A stretch of 64,000 nt of DNA, taken from positions 41,230,001 through 41,294,000 of the forward strand of contig OZ320323.1 in NCBI GenBank assembly GCA_976226885.1, written 5' to 3'. Of the stretch, positions 1-12,731 are shown in pieces. A model generated the notes under the pieces. That model did not search any database, was not told the DNA's origin, and saw only the letters and a list, made by a program, of their open reading frames with translations. The stretch's first letter is position 1; each line of letters starts with the position of its first letter. The DNA is from Iphione sp. A-MEVVRFRX5. Taxonomy: Eukaryota. The translations under genes were made by a program, and so were the position numbers.

Positions 1-124
1 CAACCGAGAAGTACTAGGATGTAGCTTGGAAAATTAGGCTGGCACTTGAATTGTTTGTGATGTTCCTATCATTATATCTCCACGCTAAGGTGAAATATCT
101 ACTCATACACAGGTAACTGTTGTG

Positions 125-190
125 GAAGAAGAAGAAGAAGAAGAAGAAGAAGAAGAAAAGAAAAAGAAAAGAAGATGAAGAAAAAGAAGC
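125..190. repeat. (GAA)n microsatellite decaying into an A-rich purine tract
   Basis: Direct: about 11 perfect GAA units followed by GAAAA variants. Confidence 0.95.
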
Positions 191-3100
191 TGGCTTTGGT
201 GGCGTCTCCCTTATGTAGCTCTCTTACTGCATGCTTAGTTTTTCAAGTACTTTAAGAAGAAATCCAAAATATAAGTTCACCTGTTTTCCTCTTCTTTTAT
301 GAGAAATGCTAACACAGCTAGAATGGTCATTGCTGAATGATGCAGTTTGGCCATTCCAAAATCACTTCATTTAGATAAACTCACGACCTTTCCATGAGTT
401 TAATCTAGTATGCTAATGTTATGTCCCCTTCTTCGAGAATCACTTTAAGGAACTCTCACATTCCCGTCCCTTTAGCTCCATGCTAGGCACAATAAAATAC
501 ATGTACCACATTTTTTATGTGTTATATATTCTAACTTAAGCTATTCTAATTTCTGATGAAGTCTTTCTAGTGAAACATTACTGCTGGCGAAATCTTACCC
601 TACATAATTTCAGACTATCCTGTTTATCAGGTCATGTTTATCCTACACAGTCTCTCCCTGCTCATTTGATTATGAATGCGATACATTGTAATACCTATCA
701 AATATCTTGCTGACATGTCTGGTTTGGTACATGTATATGTTGTTCTGTGCATGATTATATGTGTACATTTTTGGAATGACTAACAAAACACCATTTAAGT
801 TATGGAGCTTTGACAGCACAGACAAAGCCTTCGACATGACATCTTTAATGTACTCCTACCTTATCGCGTTAGCCGTAACATTAGGAATCCTTACAGAGAT
901 TAAGAATTTCCTTCAGTCAACACAAGATTTACTAGGGTAGTTCAATTAAGCGTTTACTATGCATTGTAGACTGGCAACATGATCCCATAACTGCCACGTC
1001 TCTTTCTGTCTCTTTACGCAGGAGAGGCTGCAGGTCGTTTTGTGTTATTTACTTTCTCACCTCTGTTGACGCCTGAACTATAGAAGCCAGTGGGAGGAGA
1101 CTGATATCCACGTCGTTCATCACAGAAAGAACAGAGAGATCAAGTAAACTCCTAAAGGCTCGTCCAGGTCAATGTAGAAGAGACTGAATCAATGACATTT
1201 TTTGGGGCTAGACTCAACCAAGGCTGCATAATAAGAAAGGTTGGTCTCTTGGTTGGGATACTTGTACTCGCGTTATCTTCATTCCGAGTTGCTCAGAGCT
1301 GCAGCTCTCATACAGTGAGCAGCTCATAGACTCTTTAGGGCTCATGGGGATGGCCAAATACACTGATACGGGTTCATTCTACCACCAATGTTCCCACCGG
1401 TGACCCTTATCTAGCTGTTCTTAAGTGGCTTCTGGCACTGAATTTACTCAAGACGGTGTGGATGTTTTCCTCATTGGTTTCGCCCGTGGGTGAAATTCTC
1501 CGCACCCAGAAGGACTGCTGCTGGCCCTACTACCAATGTCACTCCTGACTCATAATGCTTATCGTTTCCCTAAACCCTAATCCCGCAGGCAATTAACTTA
1601 TAATGAAAAGTGTTATTGAGAATACATGTAGCATTCACCCCCTTAGCCGTGTCTTCCTTTCCCTGTGAGGAGTTTCTTTTCTCCCGGCAGAAAAAATACT
1701 GTGGCTACCAATGTTACTGTGACAAGAATGAAAAAATGAGAAAACCGGTTGGATGTAGAGGATTTGTCATGGATACAGTTTGTAAAAGGCTCGGGGTCCT
1801 CACACACACATCTCATAAGGAAATTCAATTACTGCTCCATAATAATTCCTTGATGTTTCTATGAATTTCCCATAACCCGTCCAAGAAAAACATATATTTT
1901 CCATGACTTTTCTCTTTTGGTTTGAGGAGAAAATAGTAATGTGTAGCAAATGACTGGTATGTGGCATTTTTTACCGGCATAATTAAATCTCTAAGTGGCA
2001 AGACTGGTTAGCCAGGAGTGTAAACCACGTACATGAAAGTGGTAGCTGAGGATGGGGTTGGGTGTTTTCTATAGGATGGCGAAAAAGGGAAGTACGTCTA
2101 CTTTCGTGTAAAAAAATAGAAAAAAAACAAACCTATTTAAGAAGATAGAATTTCATGACTTTTTTTCCTCTCTCTGCCTATTTCCTTTGACTTTCTGGAC
2201 AACACCAATTTTCGGTCTATATGAAGACTTTCTTCTCATTGGATGTGTAGTCGAAGAATTTATTGAAAACTTGCTAGAAGTGGAGGGTATTTGAATCATG
2301 TAGCTCTCCCGTTTCAAGTCAACATACTGTACCTGCTTGAGGAAAATCCCTCAGCTGCTGGCCAAACTCTACCGTGAGTTGGGGAAAAACATTCCAAAAT
2401 TGCATACGTTCGGTAACTGAGTCTTTTAAAATCAAGTCCTGTCTGTGTAATGTAAATGAAGATGGTTCTTGAAAATCTTGGTCTCTGTAAGGATATGGTC
2501 GTCTACGTGATGCGTTGCTCTTTAAATGGATTTCTCCTGTTGGTACCTGCAACTAAGTCATGATATTTCATCCAACGTGAGCACATGTACTCCCTATATC
2601 TGCTACCTGATACCACAGCAGCCTACAACCACTCAATATCCGACATGTTGCACCATCTCACATCTCTTTTATTAGTAGACAGAGTCCCTATACATGACGA
2701 AATTGGAAGAATGAACGCCGAATGTGTGGGGGTAGCTGTTCGGGCACAAAACCGTTGTCGAACATTAACAAACTGGCAGATAATATGAGTAAAGGGTCAG
2801 ACAGGTGATACTTACCTGTGTGATTTGTTTGGAGAGTGTTACTTTTAGCAACATCCTCCTCCACTGCTGCAGGTTTTTCGGTATTTATGGTTTATGTGGT
2901 ATCACCTTAAATGGAGAACGAGCAATATCATGCTCCATTATTTACCAACGATGAGCACTACACAGTCCGTATTAATACAGAGAAACATCGACTGACGGAC
3001 AATGCATTTTAGTCTCATGTATTTTATATTACGCCTCTCCACAGCCATGTACAGCGGTGGTTTATATGCTTCTCAGCCACTCTGCAGGAATTCATCTATT

Positions 3101-3465
3101 TGGGGACAGGCCTGTCAGCCAGTATTATTTGGCATCCGTAAAGAAAACCTACCAGGGAACTTATAGATGTTTGAAATAAATACCATAACTTTGTGATTCT
3201 TGAGCTTCTGTATGCTGTGATCTTAGGTTAAACGGTAAAAATATGTATGGGTGCGCATGTATATGATAACACTGAACGCTGCGACGACACCAAGGGGTGT
3301 ACATGTATTTAAAGAGATAACGAACTACATGTACACGAATAACTGGATGTACATGCAGTACATCGACCTGCAGAACTGTAGAATGTACTTGGGAGTGGGA
3401 AGAGGGGGGGGGGGGGGGGGTTTGCAGTGTACACAGGAACAACGTGAGAACGAGGCAAGATGTCA

Positions 3466-3553
3466 GCGCCCTCTGGTGAGCAAAGGGGCAGAACGTTCGG
3501 CTCGAGGAGAAGCCAAGTGACGGGTCTTATCGTTAGGCCCGCCTCCTGGCGGC
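3466..3553 (-). promoter_or_regulatory. Two tandem CTCF-like motifs
   Basis: Minus strand TCACCAGAGGGCGC (3466-3479) and GCCGCCAGGAGGCGG (3539-3553) resemble the CTCF core CCASYAGRKGGCRS. Same orientation, in a CpG-rich block. Confidence 0.45.
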
Positions 3554-3810
3554 GAACATGAAATGGAAGAAGAAAAAAAAAGGAGGTGGGGGAGAGCTTT
3601 ATTACCAGGAGCGGAGACTCCGGCGGGTCATGTTATACCCGCTTATCATCAGAACTGCTTTTGGCGTGTCTTCACGAGGAGACACGGAGGTCAGCCCTGG
3701 TGTCTCTCACTGTGACATCCCTGTAGCATGGAGCATCTGATAACGGGCGTCCGTTAGCACCTCATCAAACGGGCAAAAAGCCAAAGGAAGAAGAAATGGC
3801 GACTGTGCGT

Positions 3811-3832
3811 TTCATAAATCACCTGTCAATCA
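3811..3832 (-). promoter_or_regulatory. Composite PBX-MEIS/PREP plus PBX-HOX site
   Basis: Minus strand TGATTGACAGG-TGATTTATGAA: the TGATTGACAG decamer directly abuts a TGATTTAT(G) PBX-HOX site. Confidence 0.55.
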
Positions 3833-4092
3833 ACAAGGGTAGAGGAGGGAGGCGAATGTGGAGAAGGGGGGGGGGCTGCTTTTAAAGGGCATCAGTTTAC
3901 ATCAGAATCAGTAACATATGCATGTATACATTCATGAATATCCTCTACATACCATGTCTGTCAGTGTATGTTTGTGTGTGCAAAATTGAATGCAAAACTG
4001 TGTACAATTAGGACTCAATGACCTAAATGGTATTCGTTATAGGAGAATTTGTTCAGAGAATCAGTACCTTTTAAATACTGACTGATATTTCA

Positions 4093-5061
4093 ATACAGTT
4101 GTTAAAGTGTCGTTTGAAGCGATCAAGTCCATTCGATTCGGTGAACGAATAATTTCGAAAAAATGCGGAGTCCTACCTGTGCATGTAAAGTGATGCACAT
4201 CTGTACAGGAATAGAGACATGCTACATAGCTGAAGTCGAACATGAAACAGATGTACGAATACAAATACCACAAAAAGGGTACGACTGCTTCAGACGAAAT
4301 AGACTGAAGATATCTTGATTAGGTACAAATAATAAATTTATGACCAGGTTTGAATAATTTCTGAGAAACTTGGTGAAGAGGTAACTATTCAGATATTGAG
4401 TTCTGACTGTATTACAGACTCTCTAAGGAGATCAACTCAAGGCAGAGACCAAGCTGGCCAATCCTAAATTTCTCATTGGATGGTTTCTACTGCATGTACA
4501 AATAATGACACTATAACGAGGTTTAAAAATTAAAAAAATGATTAACAGGTGTGTGCAAGGGGAGGACGACAGTCCTCCGACGTTGATACAGTTGTTAAAG
4601 CGTCGTTTGAAGCGATCAAGTCCATTCGGTGAACGAATTATTTCGAAAAAATGCGGCGTCCGACTTGTGCATGTAAAGTGATGCACATCTGTACAGGAAT
4701 AGAGACATACTACATAGCTGAAGTCAAACATGAAACAGATGTACGAATACAAATACCACAAAAAGGGTACGACTGCTTCAGACGAAATAGACTGAAGATA
4801 TCTTGATTAGGTACAAATAATAAATTTATGACCAGGTTTGAATAATTTCTGAGAAACTTGGTGAAGAGGTAACTATTCAGATATTGAGTTCTGACTGTAT
4901 TACAGACTCTCTAAGGAGACCAACTCAAGGCAGAGACCAAGCTGGCCAATCCTAAATTTCACATTGGATGGTTTCTACTGCATGTACAAATAATGACACT
5001 ATAACAAGGTTTAAAAATAAAAAAAATGATTAACAGGTGTGTGCAAGGGGAGGACGACAGT
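4093..5061. repeat. Recent head-to-tail tandem duplication, about 493-bp unit, 2 copies
   Basis: Copies start at 4093 and 4586 (ATACAGTTGTTAAAG.GTCGTTTGAAGCGATCAAGTCC) and both end in GGGGAGGACGACAGT. Only scattered substitutions and one 5-bp indel. The ORF track shows duplicated peptides at 4061-4273 and 4432-4761. Confidence 0.95.
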
Positions 5062-6384
5062 GTAGGGGGGAACGACAGTGTATATACATAATATATGTCT
5101 GTCTTATATCAAATACACACACAGATATGCTCTCCACCTACCACAACCCCCGCCCCCAACCACCACTAACCTGGCACCTGCAGTGAGCAAAGGGCCAAGC
5201 CTACAAATAGAGCGAGAAAGAGAGAGAGAGGTATGGGGGTATCCAATGGTGAGAGCAAATAACCCAATTCTGCCCCCGTGTGTGCAGGCACGGACAGGCA
5301 GGCAGGCCCACGGGCAGGGTGAGCAGACAACGACCCCCTCCGCGATGCCAACCCATAAAGCCGAGCTGTCAATGTCGATCGGCTCCAACACCGGAGCTGG
5401 TCGTGAATCATCGGCAGAGGTCTCGGCACCTTTGCCGACCTTCGTGAATTCACCTTTTTTTTTGGACGCACGGCAAGTTGTTAGGTGACAAGTTGGGCAT
5501 TGCCCGACAGGAACAAGTGTCGACGAGATGAATACGTTCTGCAGCTGGCGGTCGAATGCGGCATCAATGTAATTTTTGTAAACCAGAAGGGGGAAAACAA
5601 GGTATCCTGGTTTGTATTGGAGGCCGAAAGTGTGGGCGGAGGTTTGCATCTGGCTATGTCGAGCTATATATTATGCCATGCTATTCGTGAATATTCCTTC
5701 ACCCTTGGTTTAATCAAATACACATATATCCACTTACTCACATTAACATATCCATGTGAGTGCAAGAACTTCAATAAAATTGTACAATACATCTCATTAA
5801 AATTTTAGATAAGTTATCATTCATCAGTTATGGTTACCGCTGTTTCGTTCCAGTTATGCATGATATAACTACAAGCAATTATAAGAAGAAAAAAACGTCC
5901 CGGTATCAAACAGCGTGATCTCGACGTATTCATAACCTATCCAATAATCCTACGTAAAAGATGCACACGGAATCAAGTTTCTCAACACATTTATTGACGT
6001 GTGTTATCTTGCCTTTGACGAGATCTCTCTTAAAGCTACTTTATATCGAAGACGTCGGCAGTGAAAGGGGGAATTACATTAGCGTTCGTCTCAGGTGTTT
6101 GCACGAATGACACGGCAGAATTGCATTCTCTACAGACAAAAAATGCTGCTCCTCAGCCGTTCAGCGGAACGACCATCGAGGCCCCCCCCTCCCTCACACA
6201 CCCCCCACGCCACCCCTCACCTCACGTAGATCTGTTTGCCAGCAAAGCTTTACAAATATGGAAAATATAGAAGGCAAACACTCAGGCTCGTACCCACGAA
6301 GAAGTGGAACAAACACGGCTCCGGGTGTCCTGTTATTCTACGTGAACGTTTGCTGCATGGGGGTGTGCTGCTCTTCCTGCATTC

Positions 6385-6387
<3 letters not shown>

Positions 6388-6442
<55 letters not shown>
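6388..6442. repeat. (TG)n microsatellite
   Basis: Direct. Confidence 0.97.
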
Positions 6443-6444
<2 letters not shown>

Positions 6445-9400
6445 CGTGTCTCTACATGTACATCTGTTTGCTGAAATTGCCGGCATTTATGCAAGCTTTT
6501 TTTTAAATCATGCAAAATTCTACCTTGCGCACCAAATATCGCTTCCCCTGGTCTGTTTTTGTTCCCTACCTCCGAAAGCTGGCTACCGAATTATAGCCAA
6601 AACAAACAATTTAGCCAGCACGCTTTGGCGGCTGAGTGCCTGGCGACTGAAATTTTACAAATCAATGTTTTTAGTGACAATGGTTACGCGAACTGCCTCG
6701 GTGAAGAGAAGCAGGCTATCAAAGCTGGGTAGAGAAATGGTGGATAAAAGAGATGAACAAGGCTTTAATGATACCGCAGGACGGGTAACTCCGATGCAAA
6801 TTTCACGCCCTGAACTGGCGCATATGGCCGATAACTGTACCTCTCTAATCAGCGTGTTAATATGATGGCGATGGAAACACTTATAATCTCATGTTCTCGG
6901 CTTTTATTCAATAAACAGCTCGCAACAAATGAGAAGGAAACGCCATGGAGACCACATTATAACACACCGGGTTCATAACGAGGAAAATGCATTTCTGATG
7001 GAACTCACTTTCCCTTAACCCCTCCACAGATACCGTTCAGGAAGTTTTACAAAATAGCCAACATAGGAAAGTTCTCCGTGAGAGACTGAAGCAAGCTCCT
7101 CATTAACAGATGAGCAGAGGCTTAGTGAGCTTTAAACGCTCTTTACACGCCTTTACTGGGTCAACTTTGCTGTCACAGCAAACACCGACGGCCCACGTGC
7201 TCCTGCCCGCCCCCAAGCCACACAAAAATCTGTACGCAGGTTGACCTCTCCCCCCTGCCCCCCCCCCCCCGCACCCCCAACAGAAGGGTAGGCTGACGAA
7301 TGTGCCCCATGTCACGTTTGTCATCCCACCATGTGAAAAATCTATCCAAATCCTCCTACCCTGCCCCTCTTTACGCCCTAATCAAGGGCCCCTCTAATCC
7401 GGCACCTTCGTCCTTCAATGTGCACTTTCCCAAGGGAGAGAAGCGGGAAAGATATACCTGCGCACGACCTTTCGTGACCTCTTCAACTGTTGTTGTCCAT
7501 GATTATGAACTAAAATATATACCGAGTGTAATACCTTTCAACACGCCCTTTTTAGCCTACATTTGTAGTGCATTCAATTGTTTCCCGCAATTTTCTGCAA
7601 TTGTTTCAAGGTGCTCTGAAAGATACGCTTATATAGAAATTTGCATAGAAATGAATGGAAACTGACCCAAATCGGTGGACTTTGAGTGGTTCTTGGTAAA
7701 ACCTTTGGCAACTGAGCCGAATTTGTGTAATTTTGCTGTTTTTTGCTACTAATATGTGAATGAAGTAAAGATTTAATGATTTGCACACACACGTGAGGAA
7801 ATCACTTTGTACCATACTCATGCTTTTCTATGCGTTGGTTTTAAAATTATGAGCAATATCTATTTTCGAGCAGCCCATATGCAACACACATGCAATGCCT
7901 AAACACAAAACAAGTATGGAAACGGGCCCATCCATTTCAATCTCCTGGTAATTCAAGGCAATGAACATGCAAAGCACATGCAACACGTAAATGCAAGTTT
8001 TGAAATCAGCCCGTATTCTAGCAGTTAGACTGCAGTACTCAACAACACTGATTCCAACGTGATGTTTAATTTCTCTCACGAAAGGCAATTCAAACATAAC
8101 TAGATTTTTTTGGTTGGTAGAAAGGGAGAAGGGGGATAAAATCACAGCCAATGGCACATTTCAAGAAGGGCACATGCTATAATTACTCTGTGAAGAAACA
8201 CACATGGCGAGCATGCGAAGTAATCCCGCCCTGACATTCCCCGCATGTCGGGGCGGATTAAGGGTAGCTACAAGGATCCTTGAGAAGACAGGTGTCAATC
8301 ACCAAGTCTCTTGACCCCTGGACCCGGCTGCCACGCAGGCGCAGGACGCTGACAAATGTGAATTGTCGTCTAGCAAAGTGCTGTCCATCATTTTCAGATT
8401 GAAGAAAGAAAAAGCAAGGGGGAAAGAGAGAGAGAGATCATGGATTATGCAGTTCTTGAGAAAAATACTGGTGTGTCCATCCAACGATAATCTAGAAAAT
8501 CTCTTCACGATTATGTTCCCCTTTTGGTAAACATACCGACAGGTACATACTGCCTGCCACGTGTAATTCGAGACTGGACAGTGAAGTTTCAACTCAGGAT
8601 AAGTGGAACTCTTCGAGGCTGTTGAGAGAGGGTTAAATGGGCTGTGGTGGTGACACGGTAACCCGGATAAGGAACAATATTATGTTTCTCGGGCAGCAAA
8701 AGGGATTTTCACTTAATCTCACTTTGTGCAAGACTGAAAACCAGTCTTTTGATGGGCTCGACGTGAGGACAATCTAGCGAGAGTGCACAATCCATCACCG
8801 TCAATACTTTAAATGAGCCAATTCTTGGTGCAATCATTTTTGCTTTTATACTGCTCTGACGCGGGAAATAATCTTCTTTGATGCAGGAAATACTCTTTTA
8901 TGCCGACGAGCAAGAACTTTTCGCTGGTTATGTAGGGGAACCTGTTGAGAGAGCTAGGGTTAAACGAGCAATAAATGTCTGCCTGAAATGGTGCACATTC
9001 CTTCCAAGGAACAAAGGACGAAAACTATTTGATTCAATTGTAAACTTTTTTTATCGCCATATAATATATTTTGCTAATATAAACATACAGTGTATATCGA
9101 TCATATTCACGAACCTGAAGCTTTTCCGCAAACTTCAAAGCTGTCGGGAAATGACCCTGGGTGACCCGGAGACCATTTGTCACGTTGCCTTGTCACGTAC
9201 CTTTGTACAACCTAAACAATTTCCCTGGGGTCCGTGCCCCAGCCACACTCCCACACGATAAAGAAGTTTGACGACAGCTTGGCTGTGCGTTCCATTTCAC
9301 GGGCGAGTTTCAGTAGTAATGCCACCACATAATATACTAATGGACTGACTTGTCTAACCTTCGGATGTAACGTTTTATCCCCGCGAAAATCACGAGCGCG

Positions 9401-10801
9401 CGAGCACAAGGGAATTAGCACAATCAATATACTTGAAAGGAAGGGAGCAACTAGCGAAAGTGTCCTTAAACGGACAAATACGAAGGTCAGAGAAATAACA
9501 CGGGTTTACTTATATGTAGGGCACAGGCGTAAACGGGATCAGTGCGTGGTGGATTAGTTATACTAAAGCGATATTATTTTCGTTATGATTATCATGTTAA
9601 CAGCTATATACACATACAGGTAGAGAGGAGTCGTTATAATATGTTCTCATCTTATTAAAATACCCTAAAAAATGCAAACAGCCCTCAGTATACAGAGTAT
9701 TAAAAGTCGCTTGGGGAGAAAAAACAGTACACTCTTTGGTAAAACTTTGACCCTTAGCAAACATACATTTGTACGGGATGACAGCGCATGGGCAGGAACA
9801 GCGTGCTCGGAAATGGCCGCCTTCGCTTGCCCTGGCTAATTAGCATATAAATGTCACACTGGATCAGGTTTCTCCGCCATTATCCTACCTAATAACATTA
9901 CAGTAGCAGTCCCACTCAGTCGATATGCCACCGTTGCTAATATTTTGTTCTGAGGTGAAAGTTCAAGTTCAACGTCTGGTTCAGAAGTCGTTAAGAAGGA
10001 AACATTTTTTTCTTTGCAAAGTCCTAACCCCTGGACGGATATTCCATTTTGTACACCCCTGTCTACTGTTATTATTATGGTACTAGAAAGCTCGCATGGA
10101 AAAGTCATAATCAACAAATTGCTTGCTCTTCATAACCTGTACTTTCACTCGGAGTACAGGTAACACTTAAGATGGATATATACCAGTTGTCTATCCTTTT
10201 GTGATGGAGTCTTTGACGTGACAAAATCAGCCCTGAGGCTTCTAAATCATACATTTGTGAGTGTGTGGTTTCAGCCATGTTCCACACTGTTTACAGTGCT
10301 CTGTATACAGCATCAGGGGCAATGGTCCAAGTAGCCATGGGTTTGAGGGGTCCAGAAGTAGGATCTCGATCTAACTGCATGTTTTACAAGCCCACCACAG
10401 CACTGTCAGGCTGGCAGGTTTGGTAACATACCCCCTACCCTGAATGCGCCTATAAAATATATGAAAGCATTCAACAGAAAAAGACAAAGATTGCATTTCG
10501 CACCAGATCACGCGCGTAAGGATGCAGGGATCATGACTCTAAATAGAAAGTGGACAGAATGGGAGCTGAAGTGTTTTTTTCCTCTCTTATTTCTTTAGCC
10601 AGACAACATACGTACAAAGAATGTCATCTGCCAGCAGCTCCTTGGGTGGGAGGCTACGGGGAGAGGCTTTTCTTCATGGCATACGTTTATTGAGGGTTAT
10701 ACTATATTGGTATTTCCTGTGATTATAAGTACAATGTACTTCAAAATGTTGAAGGCTAAGAGGTACTTCGATATTATACATGTACTCTGGAATTATGATG
10801 G

Positions 10802-11148
10802 GTGGGGAGTTAGCTCAGTTGGTAATGCAGAGGTCCACTGATTGACAGGTCGCAGGTTCAAACCTGGGCCTGGGACTCGTGATCATGACCAGACAGGTTC
10901 ACTGTAATCCCAACCCAGAGTGGTCTACAACTTGTAAAAAAAAAAGCTGTAGGTGTATAGGATTCTGACCCCTATGTACAAAAACACCCTAGGAACCTAT
11001 TTGAAATAAGAGTAAGGGACAACTCTGGGTATTCTGGTCTCTCAATTCTCAATAATTGATGGTAGTGTGCTACCCCAAGAGGATATGGAAGAACCTGTCC
11101 TGATGATAGGTAAATATATTCCTCGTTAAAGGTACATGAAAGTGAAAG
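10802..11148 (+). mobile_element. tRNA-derived SINE, copy 1 (Deu/CORE-like central domain suspected)
   Basis: tRNA-like head with A box (TAGCTCAGTTGG) and B box (GGTTCAAAC). Colinear similarity to 41463-41752 over about 300 bp (GTGTATAGGATTCTG.CCCCTATG.ACAAA, TCTCAATTCTCAA, GAGGATATGGAAGA). The AAGAGTAAGGG block resembles the AAGAGTAGGGG motif of DeuSINE-type cores. Confidence 0.85.
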
Positions 11149-12699
11149 ACACAAGGTAAGTTCATTTAGAAGTCTGTTTGCTGTCAGTCATAGGACTATT
11201 GGGGGAAAAATCCCATCAGAGAAAAGTACAATACAGTTTTGAAATAGGGTTATAGCTAGAAATAAGAATGATAGAGCTGTCAAGCCAGCTTCATAAGAAA
11301 TTTTTCGGTTGTTGCTACATTTGCTACATAATTATCTTCCATAAAGCATTCAACTTGTTAAATCATAGAGTAACACACGTGCTATGAGCTTGTGAGAGCT
11401 GATGTGCCAAGCCTTATCAATTGAAGTCGCAAGACAGTAATAAACACCAGTACATTAAATAAGTGGGGTTTCAAAGGGGCCCATAATTAAGCTGTTAACA
11501 TATTTGTTGACAAAGTTTTAAAGCTTTCTCTCACAAAAAGATTTTTCAAGCTGCATAGGGTCTTTCCCTCTCCTGTTGTCGTTTGCTCAGCTTGTTGAAG
11601 GTTGCCTTTTCCTCAATGGTTATTCACTAACTCAGAGTTGATGTCATTGATGGTTGTCAGGATAGAATGAAATTAGTTAATGTGAAATCAACACTCGAAC
11701 AACATTCACCAAGCAGAAGAAATTAGGAATTACGCAGATATGTCAAGCCCTGGTTGTGGTTATAAGTCAAGCCCTCGAAGACGTTCCATGGAAGGTAATC
11801 AAAAAAACTCTATCAATGAATATTTGTAGTAATTATCATGACCTACCTATTGATATTTTGACGAAATTATTCTTTAGGCGCTCCTTTTAGATACATTTGC
11901 TATGGGTCTATATTTAGGCAAAATTTTGACGTACCCATGTATGTGTGTAGTGTGTTTTAAGAACTTACACGAAAAGTCTGTACTTAGTTAATCCCCATAG
12001 GGGTGCCAGTTCTATAGAGAACAGGGCAGCTTTTACTGCCCTTGGATAGTCGAAAACCAAAGAAGAAGCTAATTCCCAAGACTGATGAACAGCCTCCATG
12101 TAGCATGTTTGGCATGTGTTTTCAAGGTGCACATCTGTTCATAACCGTATATAAAAACATGCCACAAACACAGACACATATCCATGAAAATTGAGACAGT
12201 TCCCAACCTGAAAACATGCTACAGAGAGACACAGAACATGCAAACCACACGACGTATGCATGGAGTACACTACTGCTACCATCCCCTATTCCCAAAATCA
12301 TGGTGAAAACATGTTGACATTCTACCTGGAGACATGGGTACATCGAAATTCTGCCTTATCTACATTATGCTTACAACTCTAGGGATATACGAACCCGTTA
12401 TGCAGTGTACTGATTGAAATGGACATATGCTCAAAATTAGTCTGTTTAGCTTTATATTAGCAGTTACACATGTTTTGGAATGACCGTCGCCATTATGACG
12501 GACTGAGTATACATGTTTGATATGTCAACACATATCCATAGTAAATATAACCAAATGATTATCGTAGATGCGATCAGATATTATAAAGAAGGAGTTTCGC
12601 ATTGGTGCCGGATACGATATTCCGTGTACACAACGCTTATTTTTTCCTGTCTATTTCCGTGTGTCTGTCCATTGTCTCCTTCTTTACCCTACCTTCTCC

Positions 12700-12731
12700 G
12701 TCTGTCTGTTTGTTTGTCTGTCTGTCTGTCG
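12700..12731. repeat. (GTCT/GTTT)n tetranucleotide tract
   Basis: Direct. Such tracts are typical of non-autonomous Helentron/HINE-type elements (inference). Confidence 0.8.

Noticed and set aside
2808-2818. U1 snRNA gene (ATACTTACCTG)
   Set aside because: Only the first 11 nt match, which is simply the complement of a consensus donor.
6236-6865. 209-aa ORF and similar ORFs containing CVCV, SLSL, THTH or ERER runs
   Set aside because: They span microsatellites and show no domain or codon signal.
9854-10117. Harbinger transposase-like LSPQNKILATVAYRLSG
   Set aside because: Only one weak motif, with no DDE residues in order.
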